From: Octopus sinensis
Lineage: Eukaryota
DNA length: 64,000 nucleotides
Direction of reading: 5' to 3'
Assembly (NCBI RefSeq): GCF_006345805.1
Contig: NC_042999.1
Coordinates: forward strand, 50,840,001-50,904,000
A program made the translations under genes and the position numbers. The notes under the pieces are model-generated. The model saw only the letters and a program-made list of their open reading frames with translations, was not told where the DNA came from and did not search any database. This document shows positions 52,228 through 64,000 of this stretch, piece by piece (position 1 is the first letter of the stretch; each line of letters begins with the position of its first letter).

Positions 52228-52662
52228 TTGAAATCGAAATCGATCAACATCAATGGAAATTGCAGCTGTGATGCCAGTGCTGGTGGTACGTAAGAGAACC
52301 ATCCGAACATGGCTGTTGCCAGCGCCGCCCCGACTGGCCTCATGCCGGTGGCACGTAAAAAGCACCATCCGATCGTGACCGTTGCCAGCCTCGCCTGGCC
52401 CCCGTGCCAGTGGCACGTAAAAAGCACCATCCGTTCGTGGCCGTTTGCCAGCCTCATCTGGCATGTGTGCCAGTGACACATAAAAAGCACCCACTACACT
52501 CAAGGAGTGGTTGGCGTTAGGAAGGGCATCAAGCCGTAGAAACATTGCCAGATCAGACTGGGCCTGGTGCAGCCTTCTGGCTTCCCAGACCCCAGTTGAA
52601 CCGTCCAACCCATGCTAGCATGGAAAGCGGATGCTAAACGATGATGATGATAATGATGATGA
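52228..52662 (+). mobile_element. RTE-type 3' tail element with ~60-bp internal repeats
   Basis: Repeated GTGGCACGTAAAAAGCACC units; very similar to 56403-56762. Confidence 0.85.
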
Positions 52663-52714
52663 GTGACCATAGAGCTTAACTGGTGCCTATTTTATTGACA
52701 TGGTGTTTATTGAC

Positions 52715-53033
52715 AAAACCCTGCAGCGCAAGTTGACCAAAATTGAGAGTATGATAGAAGAAGGGTTTTTCTTCCTTCTGTAGAAGATAAAATTCAAATC
52801 GGACCATGTTAACACCAAAAATTATTTACATCAAAAAGGTGCTTTTTTTCTATGAAAATCCTTATTTTTTATGATTTTTTTACTGCTGCGTCGCCATTTT
52901 TCAGTGTATTTCAACCAGAAAAATGTTCACTTAAAGAGAATAACAAGCTACATAATGCAAAATTTTTACTTTTCAAAAATTCCAATTCTAAAGGGTCGAA
53001 ACAAATCCAAGCAATGCCGGGCGATACTGCTAG
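52715..53033 (+). mobile_element. Helitron-like 3' fragment
   Basis: Ends GCAATGCCGGGCGATACTGCTAG|T. Confidence 0.55.
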
Positions 53034-54164
53034 TCCTAAATAAAACCATGTCTGAGCATGAGGAGCAGATGTTCACAGCCAGAATGCTTTTGATCATATG
53101 CTGCTCAATCAGAACTAAAAAACCAGAGCAACAGTAATTAATTATATAATGCACCTATTGTTGTGAGAGAATCATGTAGGCCACCCTCATAGTACATAAT
53201 CAGAGTGAGATGAATGAATTGGCTAAATATCAATGATGAATTAACAACAGCTGACCACATAACTGACAGGAAAATGTCAAGACAGGCTGCTATCATGCCA
53301 AATGGTAGACAATGCTTATAAATGAACTAATGAGTGGTTCACTATGCTAGAGGTCAGGGTCAGCAACATGTAAACCACTGAGGTATCCTCTGAAAACCTT
53401 TTCTAAAAGTCTTCTGAATTTAATGGATTTGTAGGTCATTGAGCAGTTGATGGTATTTAGACTGCTGGTGCCCCAGAAAAACACCCAGTACATTCTGTAA
53501 AGTGGTTGGTATTAGGAAGAGCATCTAGCTATAGAAACCATGCCAAAATAGACAAATGGGACCCGGGCAGTCCTTAAGCTGGTCAACTCTTGTCAAACTG
53601 TCCAACCCATGCAAGCATGGCAAACAGATGTTAAAAGATGATGATGATGATCTGTTTAATTTTTGCATATCTAAGCATTGCCAGTGATGGAATTTGGCAG
53701 GTGGTGGTGATACATGAGAAATATTTTTATATACAACTCTATCCCATATTACCACCTCTCCTCGCACTTTCATGAAACTTTCCTCTCTGCTCCCCCACCC
53801 ACCCACTCACCCAGTCAAATCATCTGTATCACTTCACCTATATTCACCTCACACCCATCACTATGCCTTGAGGGCGTGTCCTGATACATATTCACCACCA
53901 TCTCTCCCACTCTCTCCATCTCTACCTTTCTCTCTAAGTTTCCTTCCTTCTCCCTTCTTCACCAATTGGGATAGCCTTGTATCTTTTCTACAGCAAGACA
54001 CTTATCTCAGTCCTTCTTTTATTCTTGGTACCACACACAAAAAAAAAAGCATCCAGTACATTATGTAAAGTGGTTGGCATTAGGAAGGGCATCCAGCCTT
54101 AGAAACCATGCAAAAAAAAGACAACAAAGTTTAGCATGTCCTCTGGCTTGGCAGCTCGTCATAC

Positions 54165-54394
54165 ATATTTCTTTATTACCCACAAGGGGCTAAACATAGA
54201 GGGGACAAACAAGGACAGACATAGGTATTAAGTCGATTACATCAACCCCAGTGCGTAACTGGTACTTAATTTATCGACCCCGAAAGGATGAACGGTAAAG
54301 TCGACCTCGGCAGAATTTGAACTCACAACGTAACGGCAGACGAAATACTGCTAAGCATTTCGCCCAACGTGCTAATGTTTCTGCCAGCTCTCCA
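54165..54394 (-). mobile_element. SINE family A monomer nested in an RTE tail, 13-bp TSD
   Basis: CAGCTCGTCATAC at 54152-54164 and 54395-54407. Confidence 0.9.
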
Positions 54395-56204
54395 CAGCTC
54401 GTCATACTGTCTAACCCATACCAGCATGGTAAAACAGACTGTAAATGATGATGATGATGATGATGATGATGGACCATGAGCATACATAAAAATAATCAAA
54501 TGAGGGCCTTTGTAAAAAAAATTGTTGATGAGTGTCCTATATTGTATCTAAAGAAATGATGTTCACCTAATTGGCTGATAGCTGGTTTAACTGTCAACGA
54601 AGGAGCTTCTATGCCTAGGGCTACTAAGATGCTTACTGTGGGCCTCAGGCAATTTTTGAAAACTTTTTCAAATGTAATGTATCTGTGACCACTGAGCAGT
54701 CAATAGCTTCTAAATAAGCTTTTGTGTTACAATGTTTTCTCTTTCACTAAGCATTACCAGTGAAGAAAATGCAGGGACAGGGATATACAATGATATTTTT
54801 GTAAATAAGATATATTATAATATACATGAAAACTATGGACAAATATAAAGAAAATCAAAAGTAGGACATTACAAACATAAGTTGCAGGGGCTTTAGATAG
54901 GCATTTGACCTGTTAGATATAGCAGCAAAATCTCCCTCAAATCACCCCCTACTACTGTTTTATGAATAACACCAAAGCGTGAAATACCTGCTTCATCAGA
55001 GTCCGCTTGCCAGGGCTAAGTGGCAGTGACAAGCATCAATTTCTACATATATTTCCTCCCATTAGAAATTTGAAAATGATACATAATTATTTTTAAATGA
55101 AAAAACAAACTAGCTGGTTTTCTTTTCTTTTTCTAAAAGTAATTTTTAAAAAGAAAGCTTAAAACAAAGTTATAGATTTAATTATTTTTATGTTAAGTCT
55201 GTCAGTCTGTCCTCCTGTCTGTCTTGCTTGCTATTATTCTTTCTATTCTCACCCCTACCTCTTTCCCTCTTACTAATCTATCTATCTGCCTATCTCTCTC
55301 CCTCTGATACATGCATATGCATTTCTTAATGAAAAGAATTAAATATTCTATATTTAATGCAGTACTGGCAGATTGAACAGAATTTTTAATTTCCTTCTAT
55401 CTTGCTCATATATATCCTTATGGAGATAAATACTGATTTTTTATTTTCATTTTTATTTTCCATTTTTTTTCTTCTTTTTGTTTTTTTAAGAAACCATTAT
55501 TCCAGCTATGCTCAAGATAGCATCTTTACTTTCTGAAATTGTTTTCTTTGGTAGATTCCATTAAAAATCATTATTTTAGATACATTATTAAAAATGATAT
55601 TCATGCAGATCTGTAGAAATAATTCCTTTTTAACCAGTAAATGCACATAGATTGACATCAATTTTGTAAATTTTAGAATTCTTTGCAAATAAAACCAAAA
55701 CAAGTCAGAAATAAATAATTATTTAAAAAATGTTCAATTGCTAAAAACATGAAAAATAATGGAATTAAAAATACAAAACAGTAACAAGATTTTGAAGGCA
55801 AACACTAAAAATGCACAATTTTTTTAATTGAAATTTTTTCATATGACTTAAGATTTTGGTTTTTTTTTTTTTTTTTTTTTTTAGAAATCTATATTTTATC
55901 TTAGCATTGCTGATGCATGGTTAGATACAATTAATTGATAGGAAAATATACCAATTGGATCAGACGTGCATATAACTGCAGCGACTTTTGGTATATTAGT
56001 GGAGCGATGTTATTCTAAGTCATTTTCATCACTTGACGAGAAAGGACTGAAATAAGCAAATATGCCAGCAATTTCAACTAAATACTGTCTTTGAAAATGG
56101 GGGAGGTCTATAAAGGGTCCATTGAAGAGGTTCTTAATGTTTTTCACTCTACAGTGTGAGTTTCCCTCATTGACTTATTTATTTGTACTAAAGAAATATA
56201 CATT

Positions 56205-56765
56205 AGGTGCAGGAGTGGCTGTGTGGTAAGTAGCTTGCTTACCAACCACATGATTCCGGGTTCAGTCCCACTGCGTGGCACCTTGGGCAAGTATCTTCTA
56301 CTATAGCCTCGGGCTGACCAAAGTCTTGTGAGTGGATTTACTAGACGGAAACTGAAAGAAGCCCGTCATATATATGTATATATATATATATATATAAATT
56401 TCAAAATCAAAATCGATCAACGTCAATGGAAATTGTAGCTGTGATACCAGTGCCGGTGGCATGTAAGAGAACCATCCGAACATAGCTGTTGCCAGCGCCA
56501 CCCCAACTGGCCTCCATGCCGGTGGCACGTAAAAAGCACCATCCGATCATGGCCATTGCCAGCCTCACCTGGCCTCCGTGCCGGTGGCACGTAAAAAGCA
56601 CCCACTACACTCTCGGAGTGGTTGGCGTTAGGAAGGGCATCCAGCCGTAGAAACATTGCCAAATCAGACTGGGCCTGGTGCAGCCTTCTGGCTTCCCAGA
56701 GCCCAGTTGAACCGTCCAACTCATGCTAGCATGGAACGCGGACACTAAACGATGACGATGATATT

Positions 56766-56818
<53 letters not shown>

Positions 56819-57030
56819 ATATGTTTGTGTGTCTGTGTTTGTCCCCCAAACATCGCTTGACAACTGATGTTGGTGTGCTTACATCCCTGTAACTTAGCGG
56901 TTCGGCAAAAGAGACTGATAGAGTAAGTACCAGGCTTACAAAGAATAAGTCCTGGGGTTGATTTGCTCGACTAAATGTGGTGCTCTAGCATGGCCACAGT
57001 CAAATGACTGAAGCAAGTAAAAGAGTAGAG
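56205..57030 (+). mobile_element. SINE family B with an RTE-tail element (56403-56762) inside its (TA)n
   Basis: SINE halves are colinear with 12311-12713 on either side of the insert. Confidence 0.88.
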
Positions 57031-57823
57031 TAAATGAGTATGATAGTGCCATGTAGAAAGCACTTGTGCTGGTTCCATGTAGAAAAATGCAACCATGCTG
57101 GTGCCAGGTAAAAAGCACCCATGCTGGTACTATGTATAAAGCAACCATGCTGCTGCCACATAAAAAGCACCTAGCACAGCCTGTAAAGTGGTTGGCATTA
57201 GGAAGGGCCTCCAGCTGTAGAAACCAAGCCAAAACAGGCAGTTGGAGCCTAGGCAACTCTCCAGCTGACCAGTTCCTTTCAAACCACCCAAACCATGCCA
57301 GCATAGAAAACAGATGTTAAAGTGCTCAATTGATACTTATTTCATGAATCCCAAAAGGATCAAAGGCAAAGTCAACCTTGATAGAATTTGAACCCAGAAT
57401 GCAAGGAGCTGGAAGAAGCTAAGCATTTTATCTGGTGTGCTAATGATTCTGCCAACTCAACACCTGAAAAATATTTCATGTAGAATGCTTGAAATTTTAG
57501 TTAATTAAAATTTTACTTTGATTGAGAAAGAAAAGCATTATCCTAATGTTTAATTCTGTTCATGACAGGCAAGGGAGACAATTCTAGAATCTCAATTAAC
57601 AAAAATTAATTAAAAATAGAAAGTAATGAGGATAGATCTGATCTTAGGTAATACAATGAGAACACATGTTTTTGAGTCATATTAGATATTGCCAGTGAAA
57701 TACAATCTAATTATTACTGCCAGATCTTAGAACACAACAGATGTAAATGATGATAATCTTAGAACACACACACATGATCTTCAGAGGCTCCAATGAATAG
57801 TGTCTTTTGTCTGTTGGTTTCAG

Positions 57824-57883
57824 AATTTTCACTGCAATAGTAATATCAAAGAAATCCATTGTATTCTTGCTCAAACCTTTATT
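57824..57883 (+). CDS. Candidate 60-nt exon, unidentified
   Basis: Acceptor TCTTTTGTCTGTTGGTTTCAG, donor TT|GTAAGC; open as IFTAIVISKKSIVFLLKPL or NFHCNSNIKEIHCILAQTFI. Confidence 0.25.
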
Positions 57884-58064
57884 GTAAGCCAAGGACTTCA
57901 CAAATATTCCAATTACACAACTGGTTATAGTATAATACTAAATTTGTTCTCTCAGCTAGTTTCAATAAAATACTAGATATGTCAGGAACTAGAATATATG
58001 ATGTTGCAAGGAAAGGAAACGTGTGATACTGTCACATTTTACCCCATTACATATTAAAAACATC

Positions 58065-58362
58065 ACCCTTTTCAAGCCTAGCAAGGCTCATGGGCCCAGT
58101 TTCCAAGTTTCTGTGGCATATGTGTTCCCTCCAGCTGGACAGGATGCCAGTCCATCACAGCATTACTCAAGAAACAGGAAGAGAGAGTGAAAGAAAGTTG
58201 TGGCGAAAGAATACAACAGGGGTCACAACCATCCCCTGCCAGAGCCTCATGGAGCTTTTAGGTGTTTTCGCTCAATAAACACACACAGCGCCCGGTCTGC
58301 AAATCAAAACCAAGATCCTCCAACCGCAAGTCCGCTGCCCTAATCACTGGGCCATTGCGCCA
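58065..58362 (-). mobile_element. SINE family C
   Basis: Homologous to 45445-45760; TTACATATTA present on both sides. Confidence 0.85.
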
Positions 58363-60244
58363 CCCCTTTACATATTACATGAATTAAAAAAAAAAAAAGG
58401 TATGAAGGTATGAGAGGATAAATTGAAACATTAAACCAAATACTCCAGACCTACTAAGTTTCAAAATTACAAAGAAGTCAGCTACACACAATTTCTTTTA
58501 GGCTTACAAAACTAAATTCATGCTAATGTTTTGCAGATTCAGAGCTTATTAAAATCATTTAGATTAAAAGATATATAAGAGAATAAAATAAACAGTAGCC
58601 TAATCAAAGATATATAATAGAAGATATGGTTGCAATACAACTATTAATATAATTACTAATAAAGATTATAAAAAAAACTTGAAAATGTTTATGTTTTAAT
58701 TGCCAAATTAAATACATGAACTCAGATCACAATCTTTGTCAACACAAAAAGATTTTTTTCATCTTCATTAAATTTCAAACTACAGTAAAAGATGTTGAAA
58801 TTTTATACTTATTTTATCAAAGTGGTTAATTTCTTGATGATCAATTGCTCTTCAATGAGATAATGCTTTTAATTTTTTGATTAGAACCTGATCAAGTAGT
58901 TGATTGAACGTGTCAAGTTTTATGAATTTGTAATTGTTTTACAATTCCAAGGGAAGATAGGTTTATGTTGGTTTAGATTTTACTTCTTGGATAAATCATT
59001 ATGCTATCAAGACCAAAACGAGCTAAAGCTTATATTCTTAAATCAATGAAAAATAATACATAGAAACAGGATCAATGCAGTGCTGCTATTTTATTGATAA
59101 CATTTTGTGATGATATTCAAGAAATAGTAAACAGCTTAATAAAAACAAGAATAAAAATCAACTGGCATTGGTAGCAAGATATGTTTGTGAGTGTGAAGAT
59201 TCTTTGAGAGGAATCAATTCAGTTTATACTACTCGGCAAGTGATTAATTAGGAATAAAAACACCCATTATTATCACAAGGATATCTTTACAGACATCAAA
59301 ATGATAATAGCTCAATCCATTAAAATGTAGAGGGGGGATCTGTTTCAGATATTTGTTAGCCATTATACTGGTCAATCAATATTTCCTCTCAATTCATTTG
59401 ACCAGAACCTCTTAAGAACAATAACATGCTTTAATCCATAAATTTCATTTTATTGGTTGTGATAAAAAAAAATTACTAAAAAAGCATTTTGGAAACTTTA
59501 ATCAAGCTGATCAATAGTTGCTTCAATATGATCTATTCATTCTTTATTGATTGACTAGGCTTTTGACAAGTTTGAATATTTTAAATATGGAGATGTCACA
59601 TGAGTGGACAACGGTATGCTGACTTACTCAAACTATCCAATGCTTACTAATGATGCTCCATTGATAGAGTCACAAAGACATATCAAAATACCTGCAAGCA
59701 AATTCTAACAATTCAATTATGTATAAGAAATTTTACTTTTTTTTCTTTTATCCTTTTATTTCTATTTATTTATTTATATATTTTTGCAAGTGTATTCAAT
59801 TTAGTTTATTTAGAATTCTTTAAAGAGATGTCAAAGAAAACATCAATGGAAAGATACAAACCAGATACAGAAGATGTAGTTAAATGAAACTTAATTGAAA
59901 ATTATAGTGAAGAATGGATCAATTCAGGCGAGAACAAAGAAAACAAAAACAAAAAAAAGAAACAAACAAACAAATAGAAAGCTGTGGCAAATTTGTATTT
60001 CCCCACCATTAGCTATGACAGACCTGTTCCATTCCAAAACTACACAGAGGTCATTTCAAGGCAATTTCTCTAAGTATACAAAGCTAAATTCATGCTAATA
60101 TTATGGAGATTCCTAGCCAATCTTATTATTCTTACTAAACATGGTTCTATTTGATTGATCTCATTGATCTTATTTGCCAATGCTTCAGGACAATTACAGG
60201 TAAGAATTTGTCATAACTAGTTTCATGTGTCTATCTAATCTACA

Positions 60245-60284
<40 letters not shown>

Positions 60285-60349
60285 TATACATATATACCTA
60301 TATATGTACATATATACACACACACGCATATATATATATATATATACAC

Positions 60350-60380
<31 letters not shown>

Positions 60381-60589
60381 TATACATATATACACATACA
60401 TGCACAACAACACACACACACACAAGCAAACATGTGTAGGTACACATATGTACATAAATTCTCCAATCATCTACATATGTCCTATTTTTACACTCAGTAA
60501 AACAGCATACACAGACACAAATATATTACAAAATTTATATGTTAAGAGTTTCGTTGCCTGTAGTCACATTTGGAATGCCTCAAAACTTA

Positions 60590-61170
60590 TAGACACTGCC
60601 CTAAATATACAATTAAAAAAATTTATCCTAATCATAATTATAGAAAGAGTGCTAAATTAAAGGAACTGTCCTAATTATAGTTAGAGAAACATTGTTAATT
60701 ATAGAAACTGTCCTAATCATAGAATTATAGAACTTACCTAATTATTGAATTATAAAAGTTCCCATTTTAGAATTCAAGAAAATGTTCTAACTATAAAAAC
60801 AGCCCCAGTTATAGAATTATAGAAATTGTTCTAATTATAGATGCATAGAAATTGCCTTAATTACACATAGAATGCTTGAAAGCTTATAGAAACTCTTCTA
60901 ATAGAATTGGAAAAACTGCCCCAATCATAGATATTGAAACAGTGTCAATTAAAGGAATTGTCTCAGCTATAGTTATAGAAACATTATTACTTACAGAAAC
61001 TGTTTTAGTCATAGTTATAAAACTTAATCACTGAATTATTAAAGCTCCAATTTTAGAATTCAAGAAAATGCCCAAACTGTACAAATAGTTGTAACTATAC
61101 AATTATAGAAACTGTTCTAATTATAGGGGTATACAAATTGCCTTAATTACAGATACTGACCTAATTTTAG
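60590..61170. repeat. AT-rich degenerate satellite (~20-25-bp unit) with ~290-bp higher-order duplication
   Basis: Repeated AATTATAGAAACTGTCCT-like units; ~60700-60865 recurs at ~60993-61150. Confidence 0.75.
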
Positions 61171-61209
61171 AAGTAGAGAAATAATCCATCCATCTGTCTT
61201 CTCCACCCA

Positions 61210-61585
61210 CTAGTCCTGAAGGGGCTGTGGGGTAAAATCCTCAAGTATCTTCTCTAAAGGATTCTATCAGAAGCAACAGTCACTGAACATTCCAACTGGA
61301 TTCCCAACCATGACCAACTGAGACTATGGATATTTTCCAACCGTTTTGTTCTTTGGCAACTCTTAGGTCTCCTACTGGTTGGCTCAGCTTAAAGAATCTG
61401 TCTTGTGATTCTTTCCTGCAACATTATAATCACATTTCCATTGCGCTGGGACTGTAACCCTCCAATGCAGAGAAGCAGCAGCTCAACCTGGAGAGATTCT
61501 CTGATCTCCAAGCTACATACCTTGTCAAGTAACATTGCTCCAGAGATCCTTCAGAGGAACCCCATTTCAGCCCCTTGTTTCCATA
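61210..61585 (-). pseudogene. RTE (Expander/Rex3-like) LINE C-terminal fragment
   Basis: QGAEMGFL*RISGAMLLDKVCSLEIRESLQVELLLL...PTSRRPKSCQRTK resembles the AEM.FLRR...IRE.L.VEPLLL...RPRGRPRT pattern. Confidence 0.7.
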
Positions 61586-62713
61586 ACTATAGTTGGTCGA
61601 CTTCACCTTTCAGGGTCAATAAAATAAGTACCAGTTGAGTACTGGGGTTGATGTAATCGACTATCCCGCTCCCCCAAATTTCAGGCCTTGTGCCTACAGT
61701 AGAAATGGATTATTTGACATTCATGACCATGAAGTGGGGTGGATAGGCACAAAAACTGAACTGGCATTTTTGTCAACCTCTCCTCTTCTGCAGATTGAAT
61801 GCTGGAGCTGGGGCATTACTGGGCCATCACCAGAAATTCTAGCACCCTAATTATAATATTGGTTTCAAATTTTGGCACAAGACCAGCAATTTCGGGGGAA
61901 GGCACATACATACACACACATAAATATGCTAGCAGGCACACACACATCAATGCAGACACACACACATGCGTATTTATATGGTGGGCTTCTGATCAGTTTA
62001 TGTCCATCACTTTCACTCACAAGGTACTGGTTGGTCCAGGACTATTCTAGAAGACATTTGCCAAATTGCTGCACAGTGGATCAGGTCCTTAAACTACTTA
62101 GTCGCGAAACAAATTTGTTAACCACACAGCCATGCTATGCCTACAAATATCCGAATATGTAAAAATTTTAAGAACAGTAAAAACATGGGCAAGAGAGGGG
62201 TTTTTTTGTGTTAAAAGAAGCAGATAGGAGATAGAAAAATAAGAGAAGCTGCTGGAAATAAAGACACCTGGATTCTGTAGAAAACAAAAGGAAGATTATG
62301 CAAAGTTGGAGGCAACCAAATTAGAAGAGAAACCAAAATTTCTGTTTACTAAGTGTTTGAAGATCAGATAAATATGTTTGCTTTCTTAATGATATTTATC
62401 TTCATTTTTCAATCAATCAAATGAAATTTTTTAATGAAGAGCTATATCTGAACTATATCTGTATAACAAAAAAAATTATAATGTGGAATAAATCATTTTG
62501 CTGTGAGGAAAAAGATAAGTCTATTATTTCACAGAGAATCCTTAATCTCTCTCATTCTCCCTCAGATAGAGAGTACTATCTAAAACCCTAAGGCCTCACT
62601 TTCTCATGCTACTATAATTTGTCTCATTTTGGGAACTATTTAACTACTGCTTTCTGATGCTAACCATAATTGGTTTACTTAGATTTGCTTGCTCAGATTT
62701 GACTATTTCATAC

Positions 62714-63385
62714 ATCATCATCATCATCGTTTAACGTCTGTTTTCTGTGCTAGCACGGGTTGGACAGTTTGACCGGGGTCTGAGAAGCCAGGGGGCTGCA
62801 CCAGGTTCCAGTCTGATCTGGCAGTGTTTCTACAGCTGGATGCCCTTCCTAACGCCAACGACTCCATGAGCGTAGTGGGTGCTTTTTACGTGCCTCCGGT
62901 ACAGGTGCCAGGGGAGGCTGGCAGTGGTCACGATTGGTTGGTGCTTTTTACATGCCACCAGCACAGAAGCCAGTCAAGGTGGCGGTGGCATCAGCCACGT
63001 TCGAATGGTGCTTTTTACGTGCCACCGGCATAGGTATCACAACAACAACTTCCATTTGATATTTATTTTGATGCTGATGTACTTGACTCAATAGGTCTCC
63101 TCAAGCATAGCAGGTCATGTGCCACCAGCACAGAAGCCATTCAAGGCGGCGCTGGCATCAGCCACGTTCAGATGGTGCTTTTTACGTGCTGCTGGCACAG
63201 GTATTGTTACTACAATTTCCATTTGATATTTATTTTGATGTTGATGTACTTGACTCAATAGGTCTCCTCAAGCACAGCAGGTCACCTTATGATCCAAGGT
63301 AAGCACAGCAGGTTGTCCTGCAATCCAAGGTACTTTGGATGGGCTGGGGCTATGTGAAACTGGTGCAGGAAGCAGCCCGGGTTAC
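62714..63385 (-). mobile_element. RTE-type 3' tail element with ~170-bp internal tandem duplication
   Basis: CATCATCATCGTTTAACGTC start; 62951-63116 is repeated at 63118-63284. Confidence 0.85.
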
Positions 63386-63475
63386 ATATGTTATATAAAT
63401 AAGTTATTGTAATCTGTGCCACAATCTTCATCATATAAAGACATTATGCAAATACAGCACAATGTGTGGTGTGGA

Positions 63476-63511
<36 letters not shown>

Positions 63512-63529
63512 TACACTATCTATAAAGCT

Positions 63530-63806
63530 TCATCTATTCCATATTTGGTGGTCAATGTAGAAGCTAGGGATAGATGAGTGGTTGGTTAGAGCTGTACAAG
63601 CCATGTATAGGGATGCCATATTTAAGGTGAAGGTTAGCAATGAGTATCGCAATGAATTTAAGGTACAAGTAGGGGTTCACCAAGGATCAGTCTTCAGCCC
63701 ACGCTTGATCATCATAGTTCTCCAGGCAACAGCAGAGGAATTTAAAGGCAGACTGCTCCTAGGAGTTCCTCCATGTTGGTAACCTTGTTCTTATAGCTGA
63801 ATCACT
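63530..63806 (+). pseudogene. RTE-clade RT fragment
   Basis: KLGIDEWLVRAVQAMY...FKVQVGVHQGSVFSPRLIIIVLQA...NLVLIAES. Confidence 0.8.
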
Positions 63807-64000
63807 ATGATATATACTAGTGCAGACATGTAAGATAATTTATTATACACTAAACTAAAACATTTTTATATATTTTTATATACAGTTCTATATTTAAGAG
63901 ATGAGGAATTATGTGCAATAGTTACATTATTTACATTTGACGGATATTTGTCCTCATCTTGTTTGTTGTTAACACAATGTTTCGGCCGGTATACCCTCCA

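Noticed and set aside
54985-55005. Isolated CTGATGA cores (also ~1697, ~21935, ~31768)
   Set aside because: No properly spaced GAAA or flanking stems.

Overview
AT-rich, repeat-dense animal DNA with no intact gene and no prokaryotic features. The repeat repertoire (several tRNA-derived SINE families, RTE-type 3' tails ending in (GAT)n, dense TA/CA/GATA microsatellites) best fits an octopus/coleoid cephalopod intron or intergenic region; this is an inference from repeat types, not a database hit. Nearly all listed ORFs are microsatellite or SINE read-through. Recognisable protein remnants are all mobile-element fossils: mariner and DD37D/maT transposases, a Dong/R4-like RT joined to an RTE fragment, further RTE pieces and a Penelope-like (PLE) RT. 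Most notable: (1) a ~254-bp palindrome with a type I hammerhead-ribozyme fold in each arm (22672-22925); (2) a second, core-variant minimal hammerhead in an insert inside a SINE (11408-11445); (3) SINE concatemers with one fixed junction in a hairpin loop, one of them a 4x184-bp array bounded by a single TSD; (4) several long fold-back hairpins. A few weak + strand exon candidates are noted but not identified.
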